Shown here one piece after another: positions 22,224 through 37,094 of a stretch of DNA of 64,000 bases. Numbering within the stretch: the stretch's first letter is position 1; each line of letters begins with the position of its first letter. The DNA comes from Minutocellus sp. GHC0000111. Taxonomy: Eukaryota. The notes below the pieces were generated by a model. That model worked only from the letters and a program-made list of their open reading frames with translations, was not told the DNA's origin and did not search any database. Location: assembly GCA_977018835.1 (NCBI GenBank), contig OZ361257.1:2728001-2792000 (forward strand). Reading direction: 5' to 3'. A program made the translations under genes and the position numbers.

Positions 22224-24628
22224 AACATCTGGAAGCAGCCACAGCCCCATCTCGTCTTGTTTCGCCGGTCGGATGAAGCGTTTTTCGGCAGAAGACGAAC
22301 ACGTCACGAAGAAACCCACCAAAACCCAATCTCGTTCGTCACCCATTCTTTGACCGTCCAACACCATGGTGGTCCGTCGGCGTTGCGCCGGCGTGTAACC
22401 ATGTTTTCGCACCAAACACGCATTCATTGTCATGTTTGGACACAGTTGAAGCTCACTGCATCCTCAGATTGGCCTCCGCTGCGTGTCAACGCCACGAGCC
22501 ATCGGCCTGCTTTTCCTCCATCTGTCGGCCGTTCGTTTCTCTGGGGTGGTGCCATTGCTCTCCGTCTTTGTGCTCGTCGTGCTCCCGTTGTGATGCCCCA
22601 GACCCTCTGGCACTTTCCCACGTTGTTGTTGATGACAAACTGCCGGGATTGCGCCGCACCCCCCGCATGGCCGACTCTCGCTGATCCCGACCGATGATCG
22701 CATCCCCACTCGACCTCCCGGATTTGTTGCGCCCGAGGAGAGACAGACAGTGTTGGGATAAGTTCATGCAACAATCAACCCGACAAAGGGACTTTTTGGT
22801 CTGGGAGACAAATGGGTGAGTTAAGAAGGACGTGATGTGTTTGTTTGGGTGTGCTGTTTGCTTTTTTGCTCAATCGCGATGCTGTCCCCCCGCCTCTCCT
22901 CGACCTTTGGATTGGATGCCCTCTCCTCAGCCTTGAACTGCGCCGTCTGTTGGGCCTCATGTCCCTTGACGCCCTGAGTCCGACGATCTTCCTTAACGCC
23001 CTCTTGGTGGGCTCGCTCCACAAACGATTCGTCGAGCCAACAGATGCCGCCCCATCCATTCTTCACTCTAGCCAAATGTGTTGGTCCAAGATGTGATCTT
23101 CGAGCAAGTGCCACTTGGGCGTCATGCCAATGCCGATTGCCCGTGCTTGCTTGAGGGCACTTGCAATCAATGCTTCAAGCTCTCTCACAGCCTTCTTTGC
23201 CTCATCATCCCATTTCATGCACCATTTCAGAAACCTGGAACATGTTGCGTCAAGAGTGTGGAGCAAATTAGAGCAAGCTTTGCAGAGCTCTTTGATGTCG
23301 TCATCCGTCATGCCATCTTCCTCGCGATTGTGCTCTAGGAGAGTTCCTTTGGTGGAGGTGTTGTGGTGGATGAACTCTGTTGTCCTTGGTTTCTTCTTGT
23401 TGTTGCCATCATCAGAAACATTAACAACAGACAAAGCTCTCCCCAGCACTCTGCCAGCACTGCCCTTGTTTCACCTGAGTCGGCCGCCTCAATGCCGGCC
23501 TTTTTCAGGAAATGGAAGTGAGGGGCATCGTCATCCTCGGCATCATCGACAGCTCCCATCTCTGGCTCGCCATCACCGTGCTTCTGACGACTCTTCTCAA
23601 AGCACTGCTGCATGCATGCGCTTCATGTGCAGCGTCCTCTCTTGCAACATCAGCTTCGTCCTCACAACAGGGCACACAGTCCTCGTCTTCGTCGTCATCG
23701 TCCTCACTGATCTCGCCGGCCTCCGTCGTGGTCAGGGTGCCCACCGTCCCAACATCGTCGTCGTCATTGTCCCACCCATCGCCCTGCCTGGCCATCACAC
23801 CCACCAGGGAACTTCTGGGCCTCGAGCAACATCTGCCTGTTGACTTCGTAGTCCATCGCCGCATGTCCCACCGACACATGTGGTGCGACCGACTTGAGGA
23901 ATGCATCACATGCCTTCGTCAAATTGAGCCGCGGCGGCGGCATTTCGAGGCGAAATTGTTGCTCGACCGTGACCACGTCGAAAGCCACATCCATCCATCA
24001 TCATCATGGAGAGCGTCGGCTGCACGAGGATTGACAGAACCGAGGCGAACAAATGTGCTCTTTTTGTGTGGGGTTCGCTGAACGTCGTCGGCAAGGCAGT
24101 GTCTTGACACCATTTCATCCCATCCATTCTGGTTGTCTGTCCTCACAAAAAACACGTCGCAGTGTGTCTTCGTCGTCGTGTGTTTCTTCTTCTTCAAACC
24201 CAAGATGCCCGCAGTGTGCACGACGGCGCCGCACATGATGGGACTGCATCCCAACACATTCATCAAGGAGTCGTTGTTGTTGCCGATGAAATTGTAGCAA
24301 TGAAGTTCCTTTCTGCGAAGACGGACGAGTGGTTCAGCCAGGCAGGGCGTCCTGCACCGCAACTCTGTCTGCGGTGTTGACCGCGGGATTGCGGCCGTTG
24401 TTTTTTTGCTCATGGAGAGTTGTGGATCGAGACCAACGGGAACATCACCAGGATGTCGGGAGCACCTGGTTGGTCTCGTGCCGTAACTCTCCCACACCAG
24501 CGCGAGATGTCGCCTTCGTTCTGCACGCAGCGGCGGCAATTTGAATTTTTGCCGCCATGGTGGCTCGCGTTGGGCGCGCCGGTCGGTTGCTTCGCGCGCC
24601 GGCCGGCCACCGAAAGTGCGACCAAAAG
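22224..24628 (-). mobile_element. TpA-depleted transposon-derived block, copy 2
   Basis: Copy of 7372-9776. Confidence 0.55.
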
Positions 24629-24933
24629 TATGCGAGTCATCCGGCTGGCAGATGGTGCTGTGCTGACGCTGCTGCTGCAGCTGCTATCACAGGAATTCCT
24701 AGCTAGCAGCTGCGTGCCTAGGCCTAGGTGCCTACGAGGTCCGGGACAGCAATTTCGGGGACCCGGTTTTTTGGGTCTTTGGACTTTCCGACACGGCGGT
24801 TTGCGCGCACCTTGAAAAACACGCGGCAAAGCAAGCAAATCAAAACACATCCGTCAACACCGACCTCCAAGCAATTACCACAAATAGACTGGGCAACTTC
24901 TGCCGACTGGCGCTTCAAGAAGCTTCCATACTC

Positions 24934-26070
24934 ATGGATACTCCAAAGGGACACATCTTCAGTCCACCGCGTCCACCGAAACGCGCCGAGGCGACTGCAT
25001 TCAGCCCCTCGCGCCATGAGAAGGAAACTTCCAACGAAACGCCGGAACATCCGCGGTATCGAGAGAACAAGGACAACGATGACGAGGAGGACAACCAAGG
25101 GGTCCCACCGGCATCGTCAGACCTCACATCTCCTCGTGTGTTGAAATATCGACGCGAGTACAACGAAGAGGATGGCTTCGCCGCCGAACAAGCCCAAGCA
25201 AGGAAGTACTTGCATCATGACATATTGCGTGCCGACTTTCGCGGTACCGCTACCGTTTCATCTCATTCTGATGAAGATGATTCATTCTCAGAGATGAGCA
25301 TAGCAACCGCCGACGCAAAGCCAAGCGGCGAGACGAGAAAGCCCGTGAGCTCATTCGACCTTCCCTCCGCCACGCCCATGGTAACAAGTCCAATGTCAGT
25401 TCATACTCAGTATGCTCTTACCCCAAGCCGCTCATGCCCGTCGTTCAGCAACCTTCAATTGTCATCCCCTACCATCTTGGAGCCCTTGCCTCCAACCGAA
25501 CCAATCGAACGACAGATTTAACGAGAGGTTGAGGAACATCGGAGGCTTGCGTGCTTTTTGACGTACGGAGAAGCACCACTACCACAAGATATAAAGAACT
25601 ACAAGTCACCCACATGTAGTCAGAGGCCCGAACCAAGAAGAAAAGAGAAAGGGGTCTACCTCCCCTTCAAACAAGTTCCTGGTTGGGGTAGCGAGGTCGC
25701 GGTCACCACAATGCTAGGCATGATCGAAGTCGATCGCCAAGTAAGAGAGGGTCGTGGTGCCTACCCGAAAGGGTGGAGAAGCAGAGAACTCGGATTGTAT
25801 GATAACAAGACAATAGAATTCTCTATTGCATTATCTACTGACAAGATTGCATTAGATGCATATAAGTTGGGATATGAGGATGGGAGTAAACAACCAACTG
25901 CTCACCCTGCCCTCACTGACAATAAACTTGCCGATGCATATGGTGTGAAGCGCGGAAAGATTCGTCAGTCCCTCCACGCTGTGTGGCTTTCTAATGATCA
26001 TAAGAAGGCCAAGGAGGCAAAAAAGAATACCGGTAGAAATAGAAGAACAAAGAAGCCCACCGTGATATAA
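24934..26070 (+). pseudogene. Hypothetical ORF with in-frame stop, copy 2
   Basis: Copy of 10083-11219 with a few SNPs. Confidence 0.6.
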
Positions 26071-26165
26071 ACAAACCAATGCTGCTGCATCTTACATGTA
26101 GATCTATAAATAATTTGTAGACGTGTAACATTTATTTAATACATGTGTAAAGACATTAACACTAT

Positions 26166-26546
26166 CTATTTATTAGAAGGATGACGAGCTGAGGGCTCCA
26201 TCCCCTTGGCCGTTTCGTTGAAGTCGATCCTAATTCCAGTGTGCAAGTTTTCGTCACCCAACCTTCCAACAAACTCATTGCTACCACCGGCCTTAATCAC
26301 CAGGCCCATTATCCTCCAGTACTGAATGAAGGCCGAAGCAATTTTGCAGTTAGGCATGCTATCGTAAACGTCCTCGGCAGTGTCCCAGATCTGGTCGGTG
26401 GAAATGACGGAGGTGCCTACCATTTTTCGTGCCCATTCCGAGTGCCGCCGGCTCATCGCGGGGAACACGCTCAAGTCAAGGACGTTGGCGTGAGGCATCT
26501 GCGGTGCCTGTGGCTGCCACGTCCAGCCTTGCTCAGCACAGAAGTT
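26166..26546 (-). pseudogene. Mariner transposase C-terminal fragment (S form)
   Basis: Copy of 389-769 with the same junction. Confidence 0.85.
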
Positions 26547-29439
26547 TATAAAGGAAGAGGAACGAAATGAGGTAGGTACCCTGTTAGAGACTCTTAAAAC
26601 GAAAGGTCCAACGCGACCGCAAATCTAACGATGGAAAAAGTCACTTACCCATCTCGAATATTAATTTCCTCGTCGGTGAGACGCTGCAACTCTCCAGCGA
26701 ATCCGGTATTGATTTTAAACGAATCAAAGCCATATTTATAGGGCAATACGACCAGAGGATTCTCCTTCAGCTTGATCAAAGCATCGACCACAAATTGGAT
26801 TTGATGATAGTTGAACCTGCCCTGGTCAAAGTTTTGCATGTAATATGCTGCATTTGCACCGTCAACGATGGCAGTGAATGGTTCTCCGGTTCGAGTGCTT
26901 TCGTTCAAGATGTCATGGCAATTGTCGTGTCATTACAAGAGAGAGAGAGAGAGAGAGAAAATTGAACAAAGGCACGAAAAATGGCCCATCGGTGAGTGAC
27001 GACTAGCGCATACAGAGGGAAAAATCGGCAAAGCAAAGGGGGGAACAAAATGATACTCACTCGAGCCAATCTGCAAAGCGACTCATTTCTTCAACGGCCC
27101 GCCGAGCGTCTTCCTTCTCCTTTTGTTTGTTGCCTCTAGCAAATTTGGCAGTTTCAGAAGCGGCGAGCTTCGCTAGGCTTGCTCTCAGCTGCTTTCTCTG
27201 CTCTTCATCCAGCATAACTAGTCTCAGCCTTGCCTTCGTCCTTGGACAGACGCCGGTTTCGTGATCTACAGAGATCCGACTTGCAACGACTTCATCATGT
27301 TCAGCGACATCATTGAAAACACGCATTCCAGCCAGCGAATGCATCTCCTGTAAATTTCGCCCTTCGTGTTGATCCTTGAATCCAATAGCAAGAGCATTAT
27401 ACATCTTCCTTGCAGAGGCGGCAGTTATCTCCATGATATCTTCTGCCATTTCTGTTACAAGCTCATCGAACAATCCCAGGCCACTTGTCTGGGAATAGCC
27501 AAGGTCAGTGGCAATGTCAATCGGCTCCGCATCTTCGCGGAAGCAGCCGTTCTCCGCAAGGGCTGATATCAGCATTACATAATTCTCTGGCTCCAAATGA
27601 ACTGTTTCTGTGTTCCTCATCCGCTTAAAGAGTTTGAGAGCCGAGCTCACCTCCCCACTTTGGCAATACAGGCTCAATATTGGAAGATAAGAACGAAGTC
27701 GGACGACCGTACCTTCTTTGGACGCAAATATTTCCAACAATTGTTCCGCTCCCTGAGCATCGCCCTTGGATATTAAGCCTTTTACACGAAGCGAGGTGCT
27801 ATTGTCAGTCGGCTCGTAGAGCATGTCGTGCCAAAGAGCAACTTCATCTTGGATATTCACACCATCATCTTTCTCCTCCTCCTCCTTTTCTTCAATAGCA
27901 TCATCCTTGTTAGCACTCTCAGCGTCGTCCATACGTGTACCCGAAATACCACAAAAAAGCGAGCTGATTGAAGAAAACTTACTTCCCCCTCTGTGACTGT
28001 CTCTCCTCGCAAATGTAGAGAGCACTGATCCGCCGGTACTTACAACGTACAATATAGTGCTCATCAGGTCTTTGTGAGGCATCATTCCAGATTCCTTTAT
28101 CTTTTCCCACATGACTTCCACAGGGGCCGCCCTGGCACGTTTGGCGCAATTGGTCGCCAAGACCTGCACAGCTTTCTCAGCAACTTCATATTGCTTGAGC
28201 GTTAGGCCAGTCTCTTCGAGAAAAGATGCTCTCTGCTTTTCTAGTTCGCTCCGGAACCGATGCCCAAATGATTCTTCCTGTCCGTCGCTCATGCCGCACG
28301 GCGCTACTGGTTCTGAACTGCAGGCCTGTCTAAGCGTTGGCAAATCATATGGGATAGTTCTCTGATTATTCAAAAGCCATTTGTAGACAGGACGGAGGAA
28401 TTCTTGCTTCTCATCTTCTGTGGTATTCTTCATGCCCCTAGTCCTCATTTGAACAAATCTTTCTCTCTCAAGTTCTTCTCGCATGAGAGTTTCGTACTGC
28501 TCGAATGTTTCCTTGTCGTAAGCATTTGGATTCACAGGTTCCGGTTCGAAATTGGCACCATCGTCTGTTGTATCGAATATCGACCGGGCTCTTTCATTTG
28601 GCGGCGCAAGATTATAGTCTCCGGAAAAAATGGAAGCGCTGGTGCTACTGGGGCCGTCGATGCTGCTAGAAGTACCTCTGCCTCTGTCGCCATTGGTAGA
28701 AAATTCGTCTCCGCGTCTACTCGCTTCCCTAGGGCCGAATGAGGAACGATCTTGGTCAATATCATTTCGTCGTCCTCCGTCGGGGTCGGGGTAGTTGTCC
28801 AGCCTGTCAAGTAAGTTGGCCAAGGTCGACCCCATCCCACCTCGATTCATACTTGTGCCAATCTTGTCGGCCCGGCGCCTTTCAATCAAGTCATCTACCT
28901 CATCAAAGAAAGAAACGAACTTCTTTTCCCCGTTTGGCCGACTTCCTTCCCTTCCTCTTCTTGAACTCAACCGCCGGCCGTCTCTATCTTGGTTGTAGAT
29001 GCTGCTCAGAGTTGGCCTTTGGTTGTCATTGTTTACAGTTGAGTTGTCATCCTCATCCACCAATAGACTGCTCAATGGTGGCATGGGATTACTCTGAGAT
29101 CTGGCATCATTCTGTCGCTGCCGCTCCCGCTCGTTCCGGGCGGAGGTTTCTCCCCACAGATCAAGAGGGGACTTGCGCACGGACGTTTCATCCGTCGTGG
29201 GTCTACTCCGATATCTATAGTCGACACCATCGTCCGCAGTTGCAGCAGCCACGTCCTCCCCATTCCTCATGGCTCGCAACGCAGCAGCACTGTCCCGTGG
29301 GGTGTGATCGTCACCATCATCAAAAATGGACGAGGAAAATACTCGTGTTGTCAGAAGCACTTCTGGCTCGCAGATGACCAGCAGACAAACGTGATCGCAG
29401 CACCCGAGATGATGGTGCTCTCAAAGGAAGTCTCAACAT
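26547..29439 (-). pseudogene. PRORP: PRORP, S-form copy lacking exon 3
   Basis: Copy of 770-3662. Confidence 0.9.
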
Positions 29440-29795
29440 GTCGTCCGATACACTGCGTCAATAGTACGCCCAATGCACCAGCATACACCCAAGCTATCTG
29501 GTTGGCAGATTTGTTGATTTGTTTTACGCACGGACGGACGGCGACGACGCGGCGGCTCCCCCGCACTCCATTATTTTTTAGTCGAATAAGTCAAGTAAGC
29601 AAATCAGTTGGTCTAAGCGCAAGAACAGCGCAAGGAAAAACATGTGACGCACCACAGTACGTGTTGCAGATGGTGCGTCGTCGCTCAACGAAGTGCTTGT
29701 TCTCGCTTTGCTCACATCATATTCTTTCCCGGACCTTCTCCCTTCCGCTACGTTACTGGCTAGACTAGAGCTATTAGCTGCAACAATAGGAAACC

Positions 29796-31745
29796 ATGAC
29801 CGAAACATCTGGATTCGACGTCGTAAGTTGCCTGCTCCTGTATTTCTCTGCGGCCCTTTTCCTACCGGTCGGTGATGTGCCGATGTATCGGTTTTCACGG
29901 AAAATCTTTCTTGGATTCTTCTTTTTGTATGATGTGGTGTGGAACAAAGAGTCTTTGTGGGAGAGAAATGACTTTCTTGTCGCTGAGAGGCTATGGAGAT
30001 GGTCCGTTTGCGCCAACTAAATGTCCAATGAGCACCAACTTGGTTGATACAAATCAACACTTGCGCTTGTTCTTTCACAGCGACGAATTGGAATGGATCG
30101 GAATAATCGGACGCTAAAGAACAATGCCCTCTATTCCGAGATTCACCATTCCTGCATTTCTTGGCGATCCGATGGACCGTTCATCTTTCTCCGTATACAC
30201 TTCAACTATTTATTCTCAATGCACTATACTGATACTATATAATTTCCTCTTGTATTTTTCTGTCCGAACGCTCCCAATGATGTGTTGTATTGACTTTGCC
30301 AATGCCAATGCCAAATTAATGTCCATGAATCAACTTCCGCGGTACCATTTCTCAACGGATGGCGATGACAGGACGCCCCGACCCTCAATCGGTTCGTAAT
30401 GGCCAACACTCGTGATCACGAGCTTGTGATCCTTCTCAACGCTATCGGTACCTCCTGCAAGCTCATTGCCTCGGCCGTCAAGCGGGCAGGTGTTGCTCAG
30501 CTCTATGTCCTTGCAGGTGAGGTGAACAGTACCGGCGATGACCAGAAGAAGCTCGACGTTATGTCCGATGACATGACGATCAACGCCCTTGTCAACTCTG
30601 GAGTTTGCTCCGTCCTCGTTTCTGAAGAGAAGGAGGAGCCCATCATCGTCCCCAAGGAGAAGGCTGGCAAGTTCTGCGTCGCCTTCGATCCTCTCGACGG
30701 ATCCAGTAACATTGACTGCAACGTCTCGGTCGGTACCATTTTCAGTGTTTTCGAAAAGAAGGAAGGATCCGAGGGAACCGTCGATGATCTTCTCCGGTCT
30801 GGGGCTGAATGCGTCTGCGCTGGTTACTGTGTCTACAGTTCTGCCGTCGAGCTTGTCTTCACCTTCCAGGGCGGCGGAGTCCACGGCTTCTGCCTCGACC
30901 CCGCCATCGGTGAGTTCATCCACACTCGTCTTGTTGTTCCTGTACTTGTGTCCGCTCTGGCACCAGAGATTCCGGCCGCTCATTTATCTCGAGTGTCAAG
31001 GCTTGTCTCTGAAGCTCTCGGGGATAAAGATGTCGGTGGCGGTACCGATGCCACGATGGATTCCGCTGCTGCAGCACGATACGCCTCAGTAAGGAGTGCT
31101 GTGGCAGACTTTAATCGGGACATGCCAGTACCAGCCAATGAACTCGTCTACGGCGAACTCTCTGTGCCAACCCTTGGAAGAATCTTAGATGCGGTTGGGT
31201 TGGAAGAGCAAGAAACATTTTTGGACGTAGGTTCTGGAGATGGCGCATGCGTTCTTGGGGCGTCCCTTCTATACAATCAAGATGATTCCCTGGTAATACC
31301 CAAATGCATTGGGGTAGAGATTGTGCCTGGATTGGTCGATAGGTCAGAGCACCATGCTGAAAACTTGGCCGACATATTACAAAGAGAGAAGGGGAGTGGC
31401 AGCAGCTTGAGGCAAGCACAAGCTCAGGTTGAGTTTTTACTTGGTGATATTCACGATAGCAGTGATCGGGTGATGTCACGAGTTCTTTCGCAAGCAACGG
31501 TTGTGGTATGCTTCGCTACAACATGGTGTGCGAGCAATACAGAAACAGGCGACAAAACGTCCTTGCAAGGTCGAAGATTACCTAACCTCTCTCAGGCTCT
31601 ATCGGCGTTGAAGAGAGGAGCCAGGGTCGTTATAATCGATGGCAAATTGAATTCTCGTGATGGCTTTGCTTGGCAAGGAGACTTGCGCATTGTTTGCCCG
31701 GATACAGCACCCTACTCTACCGCAACCTTGTACCATAAGCAATGA
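29796..31745 (+). CDS. Chimeric FBPase-N / DOT1-like methyltransferase, copy 3
   Basis: Same protein as 4019-5968. Confidence 0.88.
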
Positions 31746-33154
31746 TTATTTACTGACGGTCCACACATACAGCAATAGAGCTTCACTCATACTTTATTAT
31801 CGCAGCTTTTTGGTATATATTACAAATCAGCAAAGAATGTCACTAGTAGGCGAACAGTAGTATATTACAAATCAGCAAAGAATGTCACTAGTAGGCAGCA
31901 AAGAATGTCACTAGTAGCGGCTTTGTAGTATATATACACATACTGCAGCAAAGTGAGTCTGCTACGTAGATCACCTACCGGTATGTAGCTACATTTAGGA
32001 CATGAAAGTACGTACATTAGAACCTGTATGACAAGGATGATTGCTAAAATAAGGTCGTCACTCTTTGGTGATAAGTTACAGTCCAGTACTACATAAACTT
32101 CACATACCATGTGGCAGGCATGACCTTCAAGTCAGTTCCGTCACGGCTTTTCCCCGCGTCTCTTCCCTTGTCCATAAGGAGGATGCTTGTTATACAAAAT
32201 TTCAATGGCTGGATAATTCACTTTCCTAATTCCTTGATCCTCGTCTGTCTCCTCGCCCGGCGTCACATCGCTGGAGGAGCATTGGTCCGGCGTGAAGCAC
32301 ATTGCTGAACACACCGAGAGAAGGACTGAGTTGTCGCCCAATTCTCCACACGCAATCTCACTCCAAAATGAAGAATTTCGTCGGTGATAGTTGTGGCGTG
32401 GTCTGCTTCGCCCTCCTAGCTTCTTGGTATTGGTGTCGCCCTCTACAAAAGTGCGGCGCGTCGTCGTCGTCGTCGTCGTCGTCATTGTCGTCATTGTCGT
32501 CAATGGTGAGCGAATCTCCACAGAATACATGTATGGTCGATGGGAAGGATCGACAGGAAGACTCGTCGTAAGGGTCCTCTGGTGCCCTAAGGCGCGATTC
32601 CACGTAGTCTTTCCACATTGAGACTCAACTGTCACACGCAACAAGTAGACGGGATTCTTGTTTATTGCTACGTACTAGTAGCTTTTGATCGGATGTAGCC
32701 GAAACAGTGGAGCACTTCGCGTGTTGCTCGCAATCAATTAATTTGCTGAGGAAATGATCACTGAGCAGAGAGTGAAAATGGATAGCCAAATAGCACGTGC
32801 GTGTGAGGCCACTTGCTGGTCATTGTGCTAACCTTCCAGGAGCTACTCCTAGCTACGTAGCTAGATACGAGAGTATGCAAGCTGCGCCATTGGCGGCTTT
32901 CGACTATGAAAGATCAAAGCACAAGATTCACTCGATTCATCAAAGATGCGCGCAAGCACCGAGCGCATCTTTGAAAAATGGCCCAACAACCAGGAGATTG
33001 GTAGAAACCTCTGAAATGAATGACGAATCGAATGAATCGAATCGAATGAATCGAATCGAATGAATCGAATCGAATGAATCGAATGAATCGAATCGAATGA
33101 ATCGAATGAATCATCGAATGAATCGAATGAATCATCGAATGAATCGAATCGAAT

Positions 33155-35556
33155 AACATCTGGAAGCAGCCACAGCCCCATCTCGTCTTGTTTCGCCGGT
33201 CGGATGAAGCGTTTTTCGGCAGAAGACGAACACGTCACGAAGAAACCCACCAAAACCCAATCTCGTTCGTCACCCATTCTTTGACCGTCCAACACCATGG
33301 TGGTCCGTCGGCGTTGCGCCGGCGTGTAACCATGTTTTCGCACCAAACACGCATTCATTGTCATGTTTGGACACAGTTGAAGCTCACTGCATCCTCAGAT
33401 TGGCCTCCGCTGCGTGTCAACGCCACGAGCCATCGGCCTGCTTTTCCTCCATCTGTCGGCCGTTCGTTTCTCTGGGGTGGTGCCATTGCTCTCCGTCTTT
33501 GTGCTCGTCGTGCTCCCGTTGTGATGCCCCAGACCCTCTGGCACTTTCCCACGTTGTTGTTGATGACAAACTGCCGGGATTGCGCCGCACCCCCCGCATG
33601 GCCGACTCTCGCTGATCCCGACCGATGATCGCATCCCCACTCGACCTCCCGGATTTGTTGCGCCCGAGGAGAGACAGACAGTGTTGGGATAAGTTCATGC
33701 AACAATCAACCCGACAAAGGGACTTTTTGGTCTGGGAGACAAATGGGTGAGTTAAGAAGGACGTGATGTGTTTGTTTGGGTGTGCTGTTTGCTTTTTTGC
33801 TCAATCGCGATGCTGTCCCCCCGCCTCTCCTCGACCTTTGGATTGGATGCCCTCTCCTCAGCCTTGAACTGCGCCGTCTGTTGGGCCTCATGTCCCTTGA
33901 CGCCCTGAGTCCGACGATCTTCCTTAACGCCCTCTTGGTGGGCTCGCTCCACAAACGATTCGTCGAGCCAACAGATGCCGCCCCATCCATTCTTCACTCT
34001 AGCCAAATGTGTTGGTCCAAGATGTGATCTTCGAGCAAGTGCCACTTTGGCGTCATGCCAATGCCGATTGCCCGTGCTTGCTTGAGGGCACTTGCAATCA
34101 ATGCTTCAAGCTCTCTCACAGCCTTCTTTGCCTCATCATCCCATTTCATGCACCATTTCAGAAACCTGGAACATGTTGCGTCAAGAGTGTGGAGCAAATT
34201 AGAGCAAGCTTTGCAGAGCTCTTTGATGTCGTCATCCGTCATGCCATCTTCCTCGCGATTGTGCTCTAGGAGAGTTCCTTTGGTGGAGGTGTTGTGGTGG
34301 ATGAACTCTGTTGTCCTTGGTTTCTTCTTGTTGTTGCCATCATCAGAAACATTAACAACAGACAAAGCTCTCCCCAGCACTCTGCCAGCACTGCCCTTGT
34401 TTCACCTGAGTCGGCCGCCTCAATGCCGGCCTTTTTCAGGAAATGGAAGTGAGGGGCATCGTCATCCTCGGCATCGACAGCTCCCATCTCTGGCTCGCCA
34501 TCACCGTGCTTCTGACGACTCTTCTCAAAGCACTGCTGCATGCATGCGCTTCATGTGCAGCGTCCTCTCTTGCAACATCAGCTTCGTCCTCACAACAGGG
34601 CACACAGTCCTCGTCTTCGTCGTCATCGTCCTCACTGATCTCGCCGGCCTCCGTCGTGGTCAGGGTGCCCACCGTCCCAACATCGTCGTCGTCATTGTCC
34701 CACCCATCGCCCTGCCTGGCCATCACACCCACCAGGGAACTTCTGGGCCTCGAGCAACATCTGCCTGTTGACTTCGTAGTCCATCGCCGCATGTCCCACC
34801 GACACATGTGGTGCGACCGACTTGAGGAATGCATCACATGCCTTCGTCAAATTGAGCCGCGGCGGCGGCATTTCGAGGCGAAATTGTTGCTCGACCGTGA
34901 CCACGTCGAAAGCCACATCCATCCATCATCATCATGGAGAGCGTCGGCTGCACGAGGATTGACAGAACCGAGGCGAACAAATGTGCTCTTTTTGTGTGGG
35001 GTTCGCTGAACGTCGTCGGCAAGGCAGTGTCTTGACACCATTTCATCCCATCCATTCTGGTTGTCTGTCCTCACAAAAAACACGTCGCAGTGTGTCTTCG
35101 TCGTCGTGTGTTTCTTCTTCTTCAAACCCAAGATGCCCGCAGTGTGCACGACGGCGCCGCACATGATGGGACTGCATCCCAACACATTCATCAAGGAGTC
35201 GTTGTTGTTGCCGATGAAATTGTAGCAATGAAGTTCCTTTCTGCGAAGACGGACGAGTGGTTCAGCCAGGCAGGGCGTCCTGCACCGCAACTCTGTCTGC
35301 GGTGTTGACCGCGGGATTGCGGCCGTTGTTTTTTTGCTCATGGAGAGTTGTGGATCGAGACCAACGGGAACATCACCAGGATGTCGGGAGCACCTGGTTG
35401 GTCTCGTGCCGTAACTCTCCCACACCAGCGCGAGATGTCGCCTTCGTTCTGCACGCAGCGGCGGCAATTTGAATTTTTGCCGCCATGGTGGCTCGCGTTG
35501 GGCGCGCCGGTCGGTTGCTTCGCGCGCCGGCCGGCCACCGAAAGTGCGACCAAAAG
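33155..35556 (-). mobile_element. TpA-depleted transposon-derived block, copy 3
   Basis: Copy of 7372-9776 with a 3-bp deletion near 34472. Confidence 0.55.
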
Positions 35557-35862
35557 TATGCGAGTCATCCGGCTGGCAGATGGTGCTGTGCTGACGCTGC
35601 TGCTGCAGCTGCTATCACAGGAATTCCTAGCTAGCAGCTGCGTGCCTAGGCCTAGGTGCCTACGAGGTCCGGGACAGCAATTTCGGGGACCCGGTTTTTT
35701 GGGTCTTTGGACTTTCCGACACGGCGGTTTGCGCGCACCTTGAAAAACACGCGGCAAAGCAAGCAAATCAAAACACATCCGTCAACAACCGACCTCCAAG
35801 CAATTACCACAAATAGACTGGGCAACTTCTGCCGACTGGCGCTTCAAGAAGCTTCCATACTC

Positions 35863-36999
35863 ATGGATACTCCAAAGGGACACATCTTCAGTCCACCGCG
35901 TCCACCGAAACGCGCCGAGGCGACTGCATTCAGCCCCTCGCGCCATGAGAAGGAAACTTCCAACGAAACGCCGGAACATCCGCGGTATCGAGAGAACAAG
36001 GACAACGATGACGAGGAGGACAACCAAGGGGTCCCACCGGCATCGTCAGACCTCACATCTCCTCGTGTGTTGAAATATCGACGCGAGTACAACGAAGAGG
36101 ATGGCTTCGCCGCCGAACAAGCCCAAGCAAGGAAGTACTTGCATCATGACATATTGCGTGCCGACTTTCGCGGTACCGCTACCGTTTCATCTCATTCTGA
36201 TGAAGATGATTCATTCTCAGAGATGAGCATAGCAACCGCCGACGCAAAGCCAAGCGGCGAGAGGAGAAAGCCCGTGAGCTCATTCGACCTTCCCTCCGCC
36301 ACGCCCATGGTAACAAGTCCAATGTCAGTTCATACTCAGCATGCTCTTACCCCAAGCCGCTCATGCCCGTCGTTCAGCAACCTTCAATTGTCATCCCCTA
36401 CCATCTTGGAGCCCTTGCCTCCAACCGAACCAACCGAACGACAGATTTAACGAGAGGTTGAGGAACATCGGAGGCTTGCGTGCTTTTTGACGTACGGAGA
36501 AGCACCACTACCACAAGACATAAAGAACTACAAGTCACCCACATGTAGTCAGAGGCCCGAACCAAGAAGAAAAGAGAAAGGGGTCTACCTCCCCTTCAAA
36601 CAAGTTCCTGGTTGGGGTAGCGAGGTCGCGGTCACCACAATGCTAGGCATGATCGAAGTCGATCGCCAAGTAAGAGAGGGTCGTGGTGCCTACCCGAAAG
36701 GGTGGAGAAGCAGAGAACTCGGATTGTATGATAACAAGACAATAGAATTCTCTATTGCATTATCTACTGACAAGATTGCATTAGATGCATATAAGTTGGG
36801 ATATGAGGATGGGAGTAAACAACCAACTGCTCACCCTGCCCTCACTGACAATAAACTTGCCGATGCATATGGTGTGAAGCGCGGAAAGATTCGTCAGTCC
36901 CTCCACGCTGTGTGGCTTTCTAATGATCATAAGAAGGCCAAGGAGGCAAAAAAGAATACCGGTAGAAATAGAAGAACAAAGAAGCCCACCGTGATATAA
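35863..36999 (+). pseudogene. Hypothetical ORF with in-frame stop, copy 3
   Basis: Copy of 10083-11219. Confidence 0.6.
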
Positions 37000-37094
37000 A
37001 CAAACCAATGCTGCTGCATCTTACATGTAGATCTATAAATAATTTGTAGACGTGTAACATTTATTTAATACATGTGTAAAGACATTAACACTAT